Program-made: the position numbers and the translations under genes
The notes under the pieces: model-generated
Database searches by the model: none
Seen by the model: only the letters and a program-made list of their open reading frames with translations
What the model was told of the DNA's origin: nothing
From: Gemmatimonadales bacterium
Lineage (GTDB): Bacteria > Gemmatimonadota > Gemmatimonadetes > Gemmatimonadales > GWC2-71-9
Reading direction: 5' to 3'
Length of the DNA: 64,000 nt
NCBI GenBank assembly: GCA_025927545.1
Contig: JAICLE010000005.1
Location: forward strand, 720 to 64,719
Shown: positions 38,219 through 48,739 of the stretch, piece after piece
Position numbering within the stretch: the first letter of the stretch is position 1
How the letters are laid out: the number at the start of each line of letters is the position of its first letter

Positions 38219-40312
38219 GTGGCCAGACCAAATCCCACCCTCGATACCCCCGTGGCGGCCGCGGCGCTCGAGCGCGCGCTCCACGAGCGGTTCGGCCTCC
38301 GCGCCTTCCGGCCCGGGCAGCGGGAGGCCGCGCTGGCCGTGCTGCAGGGGCGCGACCTCGTGGCCGTCATGCCCACCGGCGCGGGAAAGTCCCTCTGTTT
38401 TCAGCTTCCCGCGCTGCTGCTCGACGGCACGACCGTCGTGGTATCGCCGCTGATCGCCCTGATGAAGGACCAGGTCGACGGGCTGCGCGCGCGCGGCATT
38501 GCGGCTGCTGCGCTCCACTCCGGCCTGGCGCCGCACGAGCGCGCCGCAGTTGAGGGCGAGCTCGCCGCAGGGCGGCTCGATCTGCTGTACGTCGCCCCCG
38601 AGCGTCTGGGTAGCGCCGCCTTCCGGGACGCGCTCCGGCGCACCTCCCCCGCACGGCTCGTCGTCGATGAGGCACACTGCATCAGCCAATGGGGCCACGA
38701 TTTCCGGCCGGACTACCGGCGGCTCGCCGGCTTTCGCGCGGAGCTCGGCGTGCCGGCCGCGGCATTCACGGCGACCGCCACACCCGAGGTCCGCGCCGAC
38801 ATCGCGACGCAGCTCGAGCTGCGCGAGCCACTCGACCTCATCACCGGTTTCGAGCGCACCAATCTGACGCTCGCGGTCGAGACCTGTCGCGGCCGCGACG
38901 ACAAGGCCGCCGCGCTCGCGCGCCTCGTCACCGAGGTCGGGCCGCCCGGCATCGTCTACGCGGCCACGCGAAAGGCGGTGGAGCTGTGGGGGGACTACCT
39001 CACGGGGCTCGGGCTGCGCGCCGGACGGTATCACGCCGGACTGTCCGACGAGGAGCGGTCCCGGGCGCAAGAGGACTTCCTGGCGGGACGCCTCGACGTG
39101 ATCGCCGCAACGAACGCCTTCGGAATGGGCGTGGACAAGCCGGACATCCGGTTCGTGGCCCACGCGGAGCTGCCTGGAAGCGTGGAGGCGTACTACCAGG
39201 AGGCGGGCCGCGCGGGGCGCGACGGGCAGCCCGCGCGATGCACGCTGCTGTTCTCGCCGGCCGACGTGCGCACGCAGGAGTTCTTTCTGGCCGGGGCGAA
39301 TCCGTCGCCGGCGGTGCTGCGATCGGTCTGGCGCCTGCTGGGCGAAGGGACGAGCGACGAGGAGATCGTGAACCGGCTGGGGAACGACGGCGCTTCGTCC
39401 TCGATGAGCGCGGCGACGGCGGTGCGGCTGCTCCGGCGCACAGCGGAGGGCAGCGGGACACTTCCCGGCGCCGGCCCGATGCCGCTCCCGGACGAGGTTC
39501 GCGCACTCAAGGCGCAGCGCGACCGCCAGCGGCTCGACAGCATGGTGCGCTACGCCTTCTCGCGCGGGTGCCGGACCCGATTCATCTATGATTACTTCGC
39601 TGGCGGCGCCCGCGGGGGCGCGGCCCCTCGCTGCGGAACGTGCGACGTCTGCCTCGGCTGGGGCCGGACCAGCGGCCGGCCGCTGGATGACGACGAGCTG
39701 CTGCGGGTGCGCATCGCCCTCTCGGGCGTGGGCCGGCTCTCGGGGCGGTTCGGCGTCGAGCGGATCGCGCAGGTGCTGACGGGTAGCCAGGTGCGTGACG
39801 TCCTCTCCCGCGGGCTCGATCGGGTGCCGACCTATGGCAAACTCGCCGGCGTCCCCCTCGACCAGGTCAAGGAGCTGCTCAATGTGCTCGCCGACGCGGG
39901 GCTGATCGAACGTCAGGGCATCGAGGGTGGGCGGCCGGGCGCATTCGTGCTCGCGCTGACGGCGGAGGGCCGGCGGGTGGCCCTGGGCGAGGTCCGGCCG
40001 GAGCTGGCGCTGCCCTCGGCGCCGGCGCCTCGAACCCGGACGCCGCGCGCCGCGCGGCGAGGGACGGCCCCCGAGCCGCTCGCCGCGCCCCCGGCAGACG
40101 TCGACCCCGAGCTCCTCGCACGGCTCAAGAGCTGGCGCTCCGAGGAGGCGCGCCGGCAGGGAATGCCACCCTACGTCATCTTCCACGACCGCACCCTCGA
40201 GTCGCTGGCGGCCACCCAGCCGCAGGATCGTGAGGCGCTTCGCCGGGTGCGCGGCATCGGCCCGGCCAAACTGGAGGCGTACGCCGAGGCGCTCCTCCGG
40301 CTGCTGGCCTGA
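38219..40312 (+). CDS. recQ: RecQ family ATP-dependent DNA helicase
   Basis: [58 protein letters not shown], Zn-binding Cys, RQC, HRDC (PPYVIFHD). Start uncertain. Confidence 0.93.
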   Translation: MARPNPTLDTPVAAAALERALHERFGLRAFRPGQREAALAVLQGRDLVAVMPTGAGKSLCFQLPALLLDGTTVVVSPLIALMKDQVDGLRARGIAAAALHSGLAPHERAAVEGELAAGRLDLLYVAPERLGSAAFRDALRRTSPARLVVDEAHCISQWGHDFRPDYRRLAGFRAELGVPAAAFTATATPEVRADIATQLELREPLDLITGFERTNLTLAVETCRGRDDKAAALARLVTEVGPPGIVYAATRKAVELWGDYLTGLGLRAGRYHAGLSDEERSRAQEDFLAGRLDVIAATNAFGMGVDKPDIRFVAHAELPGSVEAYYQEAGRAGRDGQPARCTLLFSPADVRTQEFFLAGANPSPAVLRSVWRLLGEGTSDEEIVNRLGNDGASSSMSAATAVRLLRRTAEGSGTLPGAGPMPLPDEVRALKAQRDRQRLDSMVRYAFSRGCRTRFIYDYFAGGARGGAAPRCGTCDVCLGWGRTSGRPLDDDELLRVRIALSGVGRLSGRFGVERIAQVLTGSQVRDVLSRGLDRVPTYGKLAGVPLDQVKELLNVLADAGLIERQGIEGGRPGAFVLALTAEGRRVALGEVRPELALPSAPAPRTRTPRAARRGTAPEPLAAPPADVDPELLARLKSWRSEEARRQGMPPYVIFHDRTLESLAATQPQDREALRRVRGIGPAKLEAYAEALLRLLA

Positions 40313-40322
40313 CAGCAGCTAA

Positions 40323-40355
40323 GAAGTCACTTCCCACGTCGGCGGGAAGTGCTTC
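40323..40355. terminator. Stem-loop after recQ
   Basis: CACTTCCC/GGGAAGTG stem extended by GAAG/CTTC; no clear U-tract. Confidence 0.5.
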
Positions 40356-40433
40356 GACGTCTTGAATTTACCAGCTTCACCGACGATCTTTGCGAGCTGG
40401 GCAGCAGGGACCGTCTCCGAGAGGTGCGCAGGA

Positions 40434-41711
40434 ATGATTCGGGTAACCGCGGTAGCTCCGGAGTCGATCGGCGAAGAGCTCGGGCTTCAGGTCGGCACCG
40501 AGCTGCTCTCGGTAAACGGGCGCGAGCTCGAGGATTTCCTCGACTGGGAGTTCCTCACCGCCGAGGAGCAGATGCTGCTCCACATCCGCCAGCCGGACGG
40601 CGAGGAGATCGAGTACGACATCGAGCGGCCGCTGGGCGAGCCGCTGGGGGTCTCGCTCGAGCCCGCGCGCATCCGCCGCTGCGCCAACCGCTGCGACTTC
40701 TGCTTCGTGGACGGGCTCCCGGACGGGCTCCGTGACGTGCTCTACATCCGGGACGACGATTATCGGCTGTCGTTCCGCTATGGCAACTTTGCGACGCTGA
40801 CCAACCTGAAGCCCAAGGACACCGAGCGCATCATCGAGTACCGGCTCTCCCCCCTGTACGTGTCGGTCCACGCGACCGACCCGACCGTGCGGCGCTATCT
40901 GCTGCGCAATCCGACGGCACCCGAGATCCTCCCGCAACTCCGCATGTTCGCCGAGCACGGGATCCGCTTTCACACGCAGATCGTGATGTCTCCGGGCGTC
41001 AATGACGGCGCGGTGCTCGAACAGACGCTGCGCGAGCTGTACGAGTTCGGGCCCGAGATCCTCGGCTGCTCGGTCGTACCGGTCGGCCTTACCGAGTACA
41101 GCAAGCACCAGCTCGTGCGCGAACCGACCAGCGACGAGTGCCGCGCGGCGATCGACCTCGTCAGCGCCCGTGCGGCCATCGCGCTTCGCGAGCGCGGCAT
41201 CCACTGGGCGCTTGGCGCGGACGAGCTCTTTCTGCGAGCCGGCGTCGAGCTGCCGCCGCCCGCGATCTACGATGACTTCGACCAGGTCGAGAACGGGGTG
41301 GGCAGCGTCCGGTGGCTGCAGCGCCAGATCGAGCGCGGGGCGGGGGACCTGCCCGTCACGCCGGGCCGCCGCGTCGGCGTCGTGACCGGCACGGCGATGG
41401 CGCCGCTGATGCCGATGGTGCTCGAGCCGCTCGCGCGCGCCACCGGCGGCGCCTACGAGCTGCTTCCGGTGATCAACACGCTCTTCGGCGCGTCGGTCAC
41501 CACCGCGGGGCTGCTGCCGGGCATGGCGATGCAGCAGGCGCTCGTGGCGCGACACGATCTCGACCTCGCGCTGCTGCCGAGAGAATCCGTCAATGACGAC
41601 GGCCTCTTCATGGACGGCATGCGCCTCGAGCTGCTGGCCGCCTCGGTTCCGATGGAGCTCCGGCTCTCCCGGGATTTCGTCGACGCGCTCGCGGAGCCCT
41701 CGGCCGCGTGA
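40434..41711 (+). CDS. DUF512 / PDZ-containing putative radical SAM protein
   Basis: N-terminal PDZ-like region, CANRCDFCFVD, RDDDYRLSF.YGNF, QVENGVG; directly upstream of der. Confidence 0.9.
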   Translation: MIRVTAVAPESIGEELGLQVGTELLSVNGRELEDFLDWEFLTAEEQMLLHIRQPDGEEIEYDIERPLGEPLGVSLEPARIRRCANRCDFCFVDGLPDGLRDVLYIRDDDYRLSFRYGNFATLTNLKPKDTERIIEYRLSPLYVSVHATDPTVRRYLLRNPTAPEILPQLRMFAEHGIRFHTQIVMSPGVNDGAVLEQTLRELYEFGPEILGCSVVPVGLTEYSKHQLVREPTSDECRAAIDLVSARAAIALRERGIHWALGADELFLRAGVELPPPAIYDDFDQVENGVGSVRWLQRQIERGAGDLPVTPGRRVGVVTGTAMAPLMPMVLEPLARATGGAYELLPVINTLFGASVTTAGLLPGMAMQQALVARHDLDLALLPRESVNDDGLFMDGMRLELLAASVPMELRLSRDFVDALAEPSAA

Positions 41712-43030
41712 GCAAGCCCACGGTCGCCATCGTGGGCCGGCCCAACGTCGGCAAGTCCACCCTCTTCAATCGCATTCTCGGCGGCCGGCCGGCCATCGTC
41801 TCGGAGCAGCCGGGCACCACCCGCGATCGGCATTTCGGCGACGCCGAATGGCAGGGACGCCATTTCTGGCTGGTGGATACCGGGGGGCTGATGCCGGAGT
41901 CCGAAGACTCCATGGACCGCGCCATCCGCCGCCAGGTGGAGTTCGCGCTGGCGGAGTCGGATCTGGTGCTCTTCGTCGTGGATGGCCGTGAAGGGCTCAG
42001 CCCGGTGGACGAGGCGATCGCCGATCTCCTGCGCAAGACCCGGCGCCCGGTCGTGCTGGCCGTGAACAAGCTCGACGACCTGGAGCGCAGCACGGCGCAA
42101 TACGACTTCTACCGGCTGGGCTTCGGCGACCCGGCCGGCGTAAGCGCCGCGATCGGGAAGGGAAGCGGCGACCTGCTGGACGCGGTGGTCGAACGGCTGC
42201 CGGCGTTCGACCCGCTGGAAGCGGAGGACGCGATCCGGGTGGCGGTGGTGGGAAGGCCCAACGCGGGAAAGTCGTCCCTGGTCAACCGCCTGCTGGGCGA
42301 GGAGCGCCACGTCGTGGCGCCGGAGGCGGGGACGACACGCGACGCGGTGGATTCCCTCTTGCGCTATCGAGACAAAAACCTGAACTTCGTTGATACCGCA
42401 GGCTTACGTCGTCGGGCTAAAGTAGAGGATGACCTCGAGTTCTACTCGTCCCTCCGGACCGAGCGGGCCATCGAGCGGGCCGAGGTGTGTGTCCTGGTGG
42501 TGGACGCGGCGCTGGGCATGCACAACCAGGACCTGCGGATCGCCACCGAGGCCTGGGATCACGGGTGCGGGCTGACCGTGATCGTGAACAAATGGGATCT
42601 GGTCGAAGGCAAGGACGCCAACACGGCGCGTCGCGGGCAGGATGAGTTGATCGCCAAGGCGCCGTTTCTCCAGTACGTTCCGTTCCTCTACGCCTCGGCG
42701 CTCACGGGTCAGCGGGTGCGGAAGCTCCTCGACCTCATCCTCGAGGTGGCGGAGGCCAGGGCGCAGCGGGTGCCGACCGCGGAGGTAAACCGGGTGCTGA
42801 CGTCCCTGATCGAGCGCACGGCCCCGCCGCAGAAGCCGGGCGAAGAGGTCAAGCTGCTCTATGCCTCCCAGATCGACGTGGCTCCGCCGACGATCGCGAT
42901 CGTGAGCAACCGGCCGCACGACGTGCCCGAGGCCTACCAGCGCTACCTGATCCACGGGTTTCGCGAGGCGTGGCCGTTCCCGGGCTCACCGCTCCGGCTC
43001 AAGTTCACCGCGCGCGGCGCCCGGCGTTGA
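41708..43030 (+). CDS. der: Ribosome biogenesis GTPase Der
   Basis: Two G domains: GRPNVGKS/DTGG/NKLD and GRPNAGKS/DTAG/NKWD. Confidence 0.97.
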   Translation: MSKPTVAIVGRPNVGKSTLFNRILGGRPAIVSEQPGTTRDRHFGDAEWQGRHFWLVDTGGLMPESEDSMDRAIRRQVEFALAESDLVLFVVDGREGLSPVDEAIADLLRKTRRPVVLAVNKLDDLERSTAQYDFYRLGFGDPAGVSAAIGKGSGDLLDAVVERLPAFDPLEAEDAIRVAVVGRPNAGKSSLVNRLLGEERHVVAPEAGTTRDAVDSLLRYRDKNLNFVDTAGLRRRAKVEDDLEFYSSLRTERAIERAEVCVLVVDAALGMHNQDLRIATEAWDHGCGLTVIVNKWDLVEGKDANTARRGQDELIAKAPFLQYVPFLYASALTGQRVRKLLDLILEVAEARAQRVPTAEVNRVLTSLIERTAPPQKPGEEVKLLYASQIDVAPPTIAIVSNRPHDVPEAYQRYLIHGFREAWPFPGSPLRLKFTARGARR

Positions 43031-43647
43031 TGACGGCGCTCCCCTGGCTGCTCGCCTCCTATCTGCTCGGCGCCATCCCGACGAGCTATCTGGCGGCCCG
43101 GGCGTTCCGCGGCATCGACCTGCGCGAGCACGGCAGCCGCAACCTCGGCGCCACCAACCTCTATCGCGTCCTCGGCTGGCGCTTCGCGCTCCCGGTGGGC
43201 CTGTTCGACGCGGCCAAGGGGCTGATCCCGGTGCTGGTGTTCGCCCCGCGCGTGTCCTCCTCGGAGCTGTTTGCCCTGGTGTGCGGGCTCATGGCCGTGC
43301 TGGGGCACGTCTTCTCCGTCTTCGTCAGGTTCCGGGGCGGGAAGGGTGTCGCCACCGCGGCGGGCGTCATGCTCGGGCTCACGCCGGCGGCGCTGGGCCT
43401 GGCGCTCGCCGTCTGGATCGTGGTGGTGTACTGCACCGGGTATGTCTCGCTCGGGAGCATCGCGGGCGCGGCCATCTTTCCGGTCGCCGTGCTGCTGCTC
43501 GACCCGCCCTCGGCGCCGCTGGTGCTCTGGCTCGACATCGCCGTGGCGGCCGCGATCATCTGGCTGCACCGCGGCAACATCAAGCGTCTGCTCAACGGGA
43601 CGGAGAATCGCTTCGGCCGCCGCGCGGCCCCCGCGCCCCGACCGTGA
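43030..43647 (+). CDS. plsY: Glycerol-3-phosphate acyltransferase PlsY
   Basis: YLLGAIP, GSRNLGATN, FRGGKGVAT, HRGNIKRLL.GTE. Confidence 0.95.
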   Translation: MTALPWLLASYLLGAIPTSYLAARAFRGIDLREHGSRNLGATNLYRVLGWRFALPVGLFDAAKGLIPVLVFAPRVSSSELFALVCGLMAVLGHVFSVFVRFRGGKGVATAAGVMLGLTPAALGLALAVWIVVVYCTGYVSLGSIAGAAIFPVAVLLLDPPSAPLVLWLDIAVAAAIIWLHRGNIKRLLNGTENRFGRRAAPAPRP

Positions 43648-44642
43648 GCGCCGTCGCGGTCCTGGGCGCCGGGAGCTGGGGCACCACGCTCGCCAATCTG
43701 CTTGCCCGCAAGGGCGAGACCGTCCGCCTCTGGGCGCACGAGCCCGACGTCGTGGAAACGATCAACCGCGAGCACGAAAACCCGGCGTTCCTTCCCGGTA
43801 TTCCACTCGCCCGCGAGCTCCACGCCCTCGCGGATGCCCGGGAGGCGGTGGACGGGGCGGGGGTAATCGTGTCAGCGGCGCCGAGTCACGCGGTGCGCAG
43901 CGTCATCGGATTCGCGGCCGGGGCGGTGGCGCCGGGCACGCTGGTCGTGAGCGCCACCAAGGGCATCGAGACCGAGAGCCTCGCGCTCATGTCCACCGTC
44001 GTGGCCGAGTGTCTGCCGGAGGCCAGGTTCGCGGCGCTCTCGGGGCCGAGCTTCGCGCTGGAGGTATGCCAGGGCCAGCCGACCGCGGTGGTGGCGGCGG
44101 GACGTGACGAGGCCACGGCGCGCGACGCGCAGCAGCTCTTCGCCACCTCCGCGTTCCGGGTGTACTCGGGCACCGACGTGATCGGCGTGGAGCTGGCGGG
44201 CGCCCTCAAGAACGTGATCGCGATCGCGGCGGGGATCCTCGAGGGGCTCGGACTGGGCCACAATCCGCGCGCGGCGCTCATCACCCGCGGTCTGGCCGAG
44301 ATCAGCCGGCTCGGCAGCGCCATGGGCGCCGACCCGCTCACCTTTGCCGGGCTGGCCGGCATGGGCGATCTGGTGCTCACCGCCACCGGCCGCCTGAGCC
44401 GGAACCGTGCCCTCGGCGTGGCGCTGGCGGAGGGTACCACGCTGGAGCAGTACCGGGCGACCCACCGCAGCGTCGCCGAAGGCGCCAACACCTCGCGCGC
44501 CGGCGCGGCGCTCGGCGCGCGTCTGGGAGTGGAGCTCCCGATCATCGAGAAGGTCTACGAGGTCCTGTTCACCGGCAAGTCGGCGCGCGGCGCCGTGCCC
44601 GAGCTCATGGGGCGCGAACTCAAGTCGGAGCACTGGAGATGA
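43644..44642 (+). CDS. gpsA: NAD(P)H-dependent glycerol-3-phosphate dehydrogenase
   Basis: GAGSWGT, TKGIE, LSGPSFA, GALKNVIAIA, GLAGMGDL, SRN. Confidence 0.95.
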   Translation: MSAVAVLGAGSWGTTLANLLARKGETVRLWAHEPDVVETINREHENPAFLPGIPLARELHALADAREAVDGAGVIVSAAPSHAVRSVIGFAAGAVAPGTLVVSATKGIETESLALMSTVVAECLPEARFAALSGPSFALEVCQGQPTAVVAAGRDEATARDAQQLFATSAFRVYSGTDVIGVELAGALKNVIAIAAGILEGLGLGHNPRAALITRGLAEISRLGSAMGADPLTFAGLAGMGDLVLTATGRLSRNRALGVALAEGTTLEQYRATHRSVAEGANTSRAGAALGARLGVELPIIEKVYEVLFTGKSARGAVPELMGRELKSEHWR

Positions 44643-45010
44643 CCACGACACGGCCGGTCCAGGAGTTCTACTCGATTGGCGAGGTCTGTGCGCTCACGGA
44701 TCTCAAGCCCCATGTGCTGCGCTACTGGGAAAGCCAGTTCCGCTTCCTCAATCCGGCCAAGAACCGCTCGGGCAACCGGGTCTACAAGAGCCGGGAGGTG
44801 GAGCTGATCATGTTGGTCAAGCACCTGCTGTACACGGAGAAGTTCACCATCGACGGTGCGCGCCAGCGGATCGATCAGTACCGGCGGACCGGCGAGCTTC
44901 GCGCCTCCGCCCGCACGGCGTACGCGGCCGAGCTGGCGACCGAGATGCGGGCGACGATCGAGGAGGTCCTGGCAATCCTGGAGGGGAGGGCTCACCTTTC
45001 GCCGCCATGA
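44639..45010 (+). CDS. MerR family transcriptional regulator
   Basis: YSIGEV, HVLRYWE, SGNRVY, LLY.EKFTIDGA. Confidence 0.9.
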   Translation: MTTTRPVQEFYSIGEVCALTDLKPHVLRYWESQFRFLNPAKNRSGNRVYKSREVELIMLVKHLLYTEKFTIDGARQRIDQYRRTGELRASARTAYAAELATEMRATIEEVLAILEGRAHLSPP

Positions 45011-45756
45011 ACATCCTGGTGACGAACGACGATGGCATCCTCGCGCCCGGCGTGGCCCTGCTGGCGGATGTCTGCCGCGAAGTGGCGACCGTGACCGTCG
45101 TAGCGCCGGACCGGGAGCAGAGCGGTACGTCGCACTCGCTCACGCTGCACCGGCCGCTTCGGCCGGCGCGGCGGCCCGATGGAGCATGGCAGGTGGACGG
45201 CACGCCGACGGACTGCGTGATGCTCGCGGTCCAGGCGCTGATCCCCGAGCGGCCCGACTTCGTCTTCTCCGGGGTCAACCACGGCCCCAACATGGGCGAG
45301 GACGTGCTCTATTCGGGCACCGTGGCGGCGGCCATGGAGGCGGTGACGCTCGACGTGCCCGGCATCGCCATCTCGTTCTCGGGCAGCCAGCCGGAGATGC
45401 TCGGCACCTATCGGCACCTCCTAGTGGAGCTGGTGCGGCGGATCACCCGCGTGCCGCGCTTTCCGGAGCAGATGCTGCTCAACATCAATCTTCCGGCGGT
45501 GCCCGCCTCCGAAGTGCTCGGCATCCGGGTCACGAAGCTCGGGAGCCGGTTCTTCTCCGAATCGCTGACCCGGATGACAGACCCGTGGGGACGGGAGATC
45601 TTCTGGATCGGCGGCGGGACCATCACCTGGACCGGAACGGAGAACTCGGACCATCTCGCCGTGGCGGAGGGATATATCTCGGTCACGCCGCTCCACATGG
45701 ACCTCACCAACTACTCGCTGCTCGAGACGGTCAAGGGATGGGCGCTGGAGGGGTAG
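45007..45756 (+). CDS. surE: 5'/3'-nucleotidase SurE
   Basis: ILVTNDDGI, GTPTDCV, SGVNHGPN, YSGTVAAA, ISVTPL. Confidence 0.96.
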   Translation: MNILVTNDDGILAPGVALLADVCREVATVTVVAPDREQSGTSHSLTLHRPLRPARRPDGAWQVDGTPTDCVMLAVQALIPERPDFVFSGVNHGPNMGEDVLYSGTVAAAMEAVTLDVPGIAISFSGSQPEMLGTYRHLLVELVRRITRVPRFPEQMLLNINLPAVPASEVLGIRVTKLGSRFFSESLTRMTDPWGREIFWIGGGTITWTGTENSDHLAVAEGYISVTPLHMDLTNYSLLETVKGWALEG

Positions 45757-46400
45757 GGGCGGGCGACAGCTACGGAGGCTATCGGAGCCAACTAGTCGAG
45801 ACCCTGCAGCAGAAGGGCATCCGCGACCTGGCCGTGCTCCGCGCCGTCGGCACCGTGCCCCGGCACCTGTTCGTCCCCGAGAGTGTGCGCCACCGCGCCT
45901 ACGACGACGCGGCGCTCCCGATCGGGGGCGGCCAGACGATCTCGCAGCCATGGGTGCAGGCGCGCTATCTCGAGCTCTGCGCCCTGACCGGGCGGGAGCG
46001 GGTGCTCGAGGTCGGCGCGGGATCGGGCTACCAGACGGGGCTGCTCGCCCAGCTCGCGGACGCCGTCTTCGCGGTCGAGCGCATCCCGGCCCTGGCGCAT
46101 CACGCGCGGGCGGCACTCGAAGCGGCCGGGATCCGGAATGTCACCGTGCTCGTGGGCGACGGCACGCTCGGCTGGCGTCCGTTCGCGCCCTACGACGCGA
46201 TCCTCGTGGCCGCGGCCTCGCCGGAGGTGCCGCTGCCGCTGATCGAGCAGCTCGCGCCCGGGGGTCGCCTGGTCATCCCCATCGGAAACCGGGACTCGCA
46301 GGTGCTGACGCTGGTCCAGCGGGTAGGTGACGAGGTGCAGACGCGCACCGTCGCCGATGTCCGCTTCGTCCCGTTGCTCGGCGAGTTCGGCTTTCGCTGA
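45738..46400 (+). CDS. pcm: Protein-L-isoaspartate O-methyltransferase
   Basis: VPRHLFV, AYDD.ALPIG.GQTISQP, VLEVGAGSGYQ, APYDAI, VRFVPL. Confidence 0.95.
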   Translation: MGAGGVGAGDSYGGYRSQLVETLQQKGIRDLAVLRAVGTVPRHLFVPESVRHRAYDDAALPIGGGQTISQPWVQARYLELCALTGRERVLEVGAGSGYQTGLLAQLADAVFAVERIPALAHHARAALEAAGIRNVTVLVGDGTLGWRPFAPYDAILVAAASPEVPLPLIEQLAPGGRLVIPIGNRDSQVLTLVQRVGDEVQTRTVADVRFVPLLGEFGFR

Positions 46401-46427
46401 GCCGCCGCTTCACTTCGGAGCGCACGC

Positions 46428-47066
46428 ATGGAACTACTGAAGAAACTGGCCGATCTCTTTCTGCACCTGGACACCCACCTGAGCCAGGTGATCGCCCAGT
46501 ACGGGGTGTGGACCTATCTCATCCTGTTTCTCATCATCTTCTGCGAGACCGGCCTGGTCGTGACGCCGTTCCTGCCGGGTGATTCGCTCCTCTTCGCGGC
46601 CGGGGCCTTCGCCGCCCTCGGCGCGCTGGACGTGCGCCTGCTAGTGCCGCTCCTGATCGTGGCCGCCGTCCTGGGCGATACGATCAATTATCGGGTGGGC
46701 GCCGCCATCGGCCCGCGGGCGTTCGAGGGGAAGCTTCGCTTCCTGCGGAAGGAACACCTGGACCGCACGCGCGCCTTCTACGACCGCCACGGCGGCAAGA
46801 CGATCATCCTGGCGCGGTTCGTCCCCATCGTGCGGACGTTCGCGCCGTTCGTCGCGGGCGTGGGCACGATGAGCTACGGGCGGTTCCTCACCTATAATCT
46901 CGTGGGTGCCGTGCTCTGGGTCGGGCTGCTGGTCCTTGCCGGCTACTTCTTCGGCAACGTTCCCGTGGTGCGCGAGAACTTCTCCCTTGTGGTGCTCGCC
47001 ATCATCGCGATCTCGGTGATGCCGATCGCGTTAGAGGCGGTGCGGGGCAGGAGGCGGCCGGCGTGA
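46428..47066 (+). CDS. dedA: DedA family membrane protein
   Basis: FCETGLVVTPFLPGDSLLF, GGKTIILARFVPIVRTFAPFVAG. Confidence 0.93.
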   Translation: MELLKKLADLFLHLDTHLSQVIAQYGVWTYLILFLIIFCETGLVVTPFLPGDSLLFAAGAFAALGALDVRLLVPLLIVAAVLGDTINYRVGAAIGPRAFEGKLRFLRKEHLDRTRAFYDRHGGKTIILARFVPIVRTFAPFVAGVGTMSYGRFLTYNLVGAVLWVGLLVLAGYFFGNVPVVRENFSLVVLAIIAISVMPIALEAVRGRRRPA

Positions 47067-47338
47067 TCTGCCGGTTTCTCGTGACCGGCGTGGTCCAGGG
47101 CGTAGGCTACCGCTGGTATGCCGCCCGGCACGCGCGCGAGCTCGGGCTGTCGGGATTCGCGCAGAACATGGGGGACGGCCGCGTGGAGGTGGTGGCCGCC
47201 GGCGGGGACGCCGCGGCCATGAGCCGGCTCGAGGCGCTGCTCCGCGCCGGCCCGGCCCACGCGCGTGTGGACGCGGTCGAACGACACGACAACGTGACGG
47301 ACCCGCAGGTCCCGACGAGGAGCTTCGACATCCGATGA
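47063..47338 (+). CDS. acyP: Acylphosphatase
   Basis: VTGVVQGVGYR, N..DGRVEV, GP..ARV. Confidence 0.92.
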   Translation: MICRFLVTGVVQGVGYRWYAARHARELGLSGFAQNMGDGRVEVVAAGGDAAAMSRLEALLRAGPAHARVDAVERHDNVTDPQVPTRSFDIR

Positions 47339-47871
47339 CTACCGTCACCCCCCTCTCCCGCCACGTGCTCGATACACTTCGCGCCGTGCCGAACTACCCG
47401 AAACCGGGGATCATCTACCAGGACATCACGCCGGTGCTCCGTGACGGTCGGCTGTTCCATACCGTGGTCCAGGCCATGGCGGAGCCGTTCCGCGAGCTCG
47501 ATGTCACGCACGTGCTCGGGATCGAGGCGCGCGGCTTCATCCTCGGCGGCGCGGTGGCCGTGAATCTGGGCGCCGGGTTCGTCCCCGCGCGGAAGCCGGG
47601 GAAGCTCCCCTGGGAGCGGGTCACCGAGTCGTACGACCTGGAGTACGGCCAGGATGCCCTCGAGTGTCACCGGGACGGACTACCGGCGCCGGCCCGGGTG
47701 TTGATCGTGGACGACGTGCTCGCCACCGGCGGCACGGCGAGGGCAGCGGGCTTGCTGGCCCGGGGATTGGGCGCGGAAGTGGTGGGGTGGAGCTTTCTCC
47801 TCGAGATCGCGGGTCTTGGTGGGCTGGAACAGCTCGCCGGAGGCATCGTCCACGTGGTGGCCAAACGCTGA
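47335..47871 (+). CDS. apt: Adenine phosphoribosyltransferase
   Basis: PNYPKPGI.YQDITP, EARGF, RKPGKLP, YDLEYG, IVDDVLATGGT. Confidence 0.96.
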   Translation: MTTVTPLSRHVLDTLRAVPNYPKPGIIYQDITPVLRDGRLFHTVVQAMAEPFRELDVTHVLGIEARGFILGGAVAVNLGAGFVPARKPGKLPWERVTESYDLEYGQDALECHRDGLPAPARVLIVDDVLATGGTARAAGLLARGLGAEVVGWSFLLEIAGLGGLEQLAGGIVHVVAKR

Positions 47872-47934
47872 CCTCGGGGTTACCATACCGCGCGGCGTAC
47901 CGCCCGCGACCGCGTTATTTTCCGGCACGACCCG

Positions 47935-48008
47935 GCCCCCGTAGCTCAGATGGATAGAGCAGCAGTTTCCTAAACTGTTGGCCGCGTGTTCGAGTCACGC
48001 CGGGGGCA
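47935..48008 (+). tRNA. tRNA-Arg (anticodon CCT)
   Basis: Acceptor GCCCCCG/CGGGGGC, D-arm GCTC/GAGC, anticodon arm GCAGT-TTCCTAA-ACTGT, T-arm GCGTG-TTCGAGT-CACGC. Confidence 0.97.
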
Positions 48009-48055
48009 CTGCGGGAGAGCAGTGAACCACGACACCACCTTTCAGTCGGATCGAC

Positions 48056-48721
48056 ATGGCAACGATAGTGCAACCCACGACGCGGGAACGGACCAGCGTG
48101 GAGACGACGGCGGCAGCCCCATGGTATCGCGCCCGGAGCCGGCAACTGATCACCGGGGTCGTCGCGCTCGTGGTGGCGGGCCTCATCGCGTGGCTGCTCG
48201 TGAGCAGCGGCCGCCGGAAGGAGGAATTCGCCGCGCGGAGCCTCAACCAGGCCCGGGCGGCCGCGGAGGCGGGCAATCTGCCGTTGGCTTCGAGCGAGCT
48301 GCAGAAGCTGATCCAGAGCTACAAGGGGACCGACGCCGCCAAGGAAGCGGTCATCACCCTCAACCAGGTGCGCATGGTCAACGGCCAGAGCGAACTGGCG
48401 GCTGTCGGCCTGCGGGAGTTCCTGGCCACCAACCCACCACCCGAGTACGCCGCGCCTGCCTACGGCCTGCTCGGCTCGGCGCTCGAGAACGCGAAGAAAT
48501 GGTCGGACGCGGGAGATGCGTTCGCGAGCGGCGCCAAGGCCGCCGAGCTCGAGTATCTGAAGGCGCGCTATCTGGTGGAGGCGGGTCGGGCGTACCGGGA
48601 GGCCGGCAAGACCCAGGCGGCGGAGACGTCCTACCGTGAGGTGATCCAGAAGTACCCGAAGAGCTCCAGCATGACCGAGGCCCAGGTGCGGTTGGCGGAG
48701 CTGACGGACGGGAAGATGTAG
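48056..48721 (+). CDS. Membrane-anchored TPR protein (YfgM-like)
   Basis: Single N-terminal TM helix, TPR helices, YKGTDAA, YREVIQKYPKS. Confidence 0.8.
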   Translation: MATIVQPTTRERTSVETTAAAPWYRARSRQLITGVVALVVAGLIAWLLVSSGRRKEEFAARSLNQARAAAEAGNLPLASSELQKLIQSYKGTDAAKEAVITLNQVRMVNGQSELAAVGLREFLATNPPPEYAAPAYGLLGSALENAKKWSDAGDAFASGAKAAELEYLKARYLVEAGRAYREAGKTQAAETSYREVIQKYPKSSSMTEAQVRLAELTDGKM

Positions 48722-48739
48722 TTCTCAAGGAGAGTTCCC

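Noticed and set aside
32700-40360. Classical genomic island 3' of tRNA-Gly (deaminase to recQ)
   Set aside because: Gene content looks accessory, but I found no 3' tRNA repeat, integrase or compositional shift.
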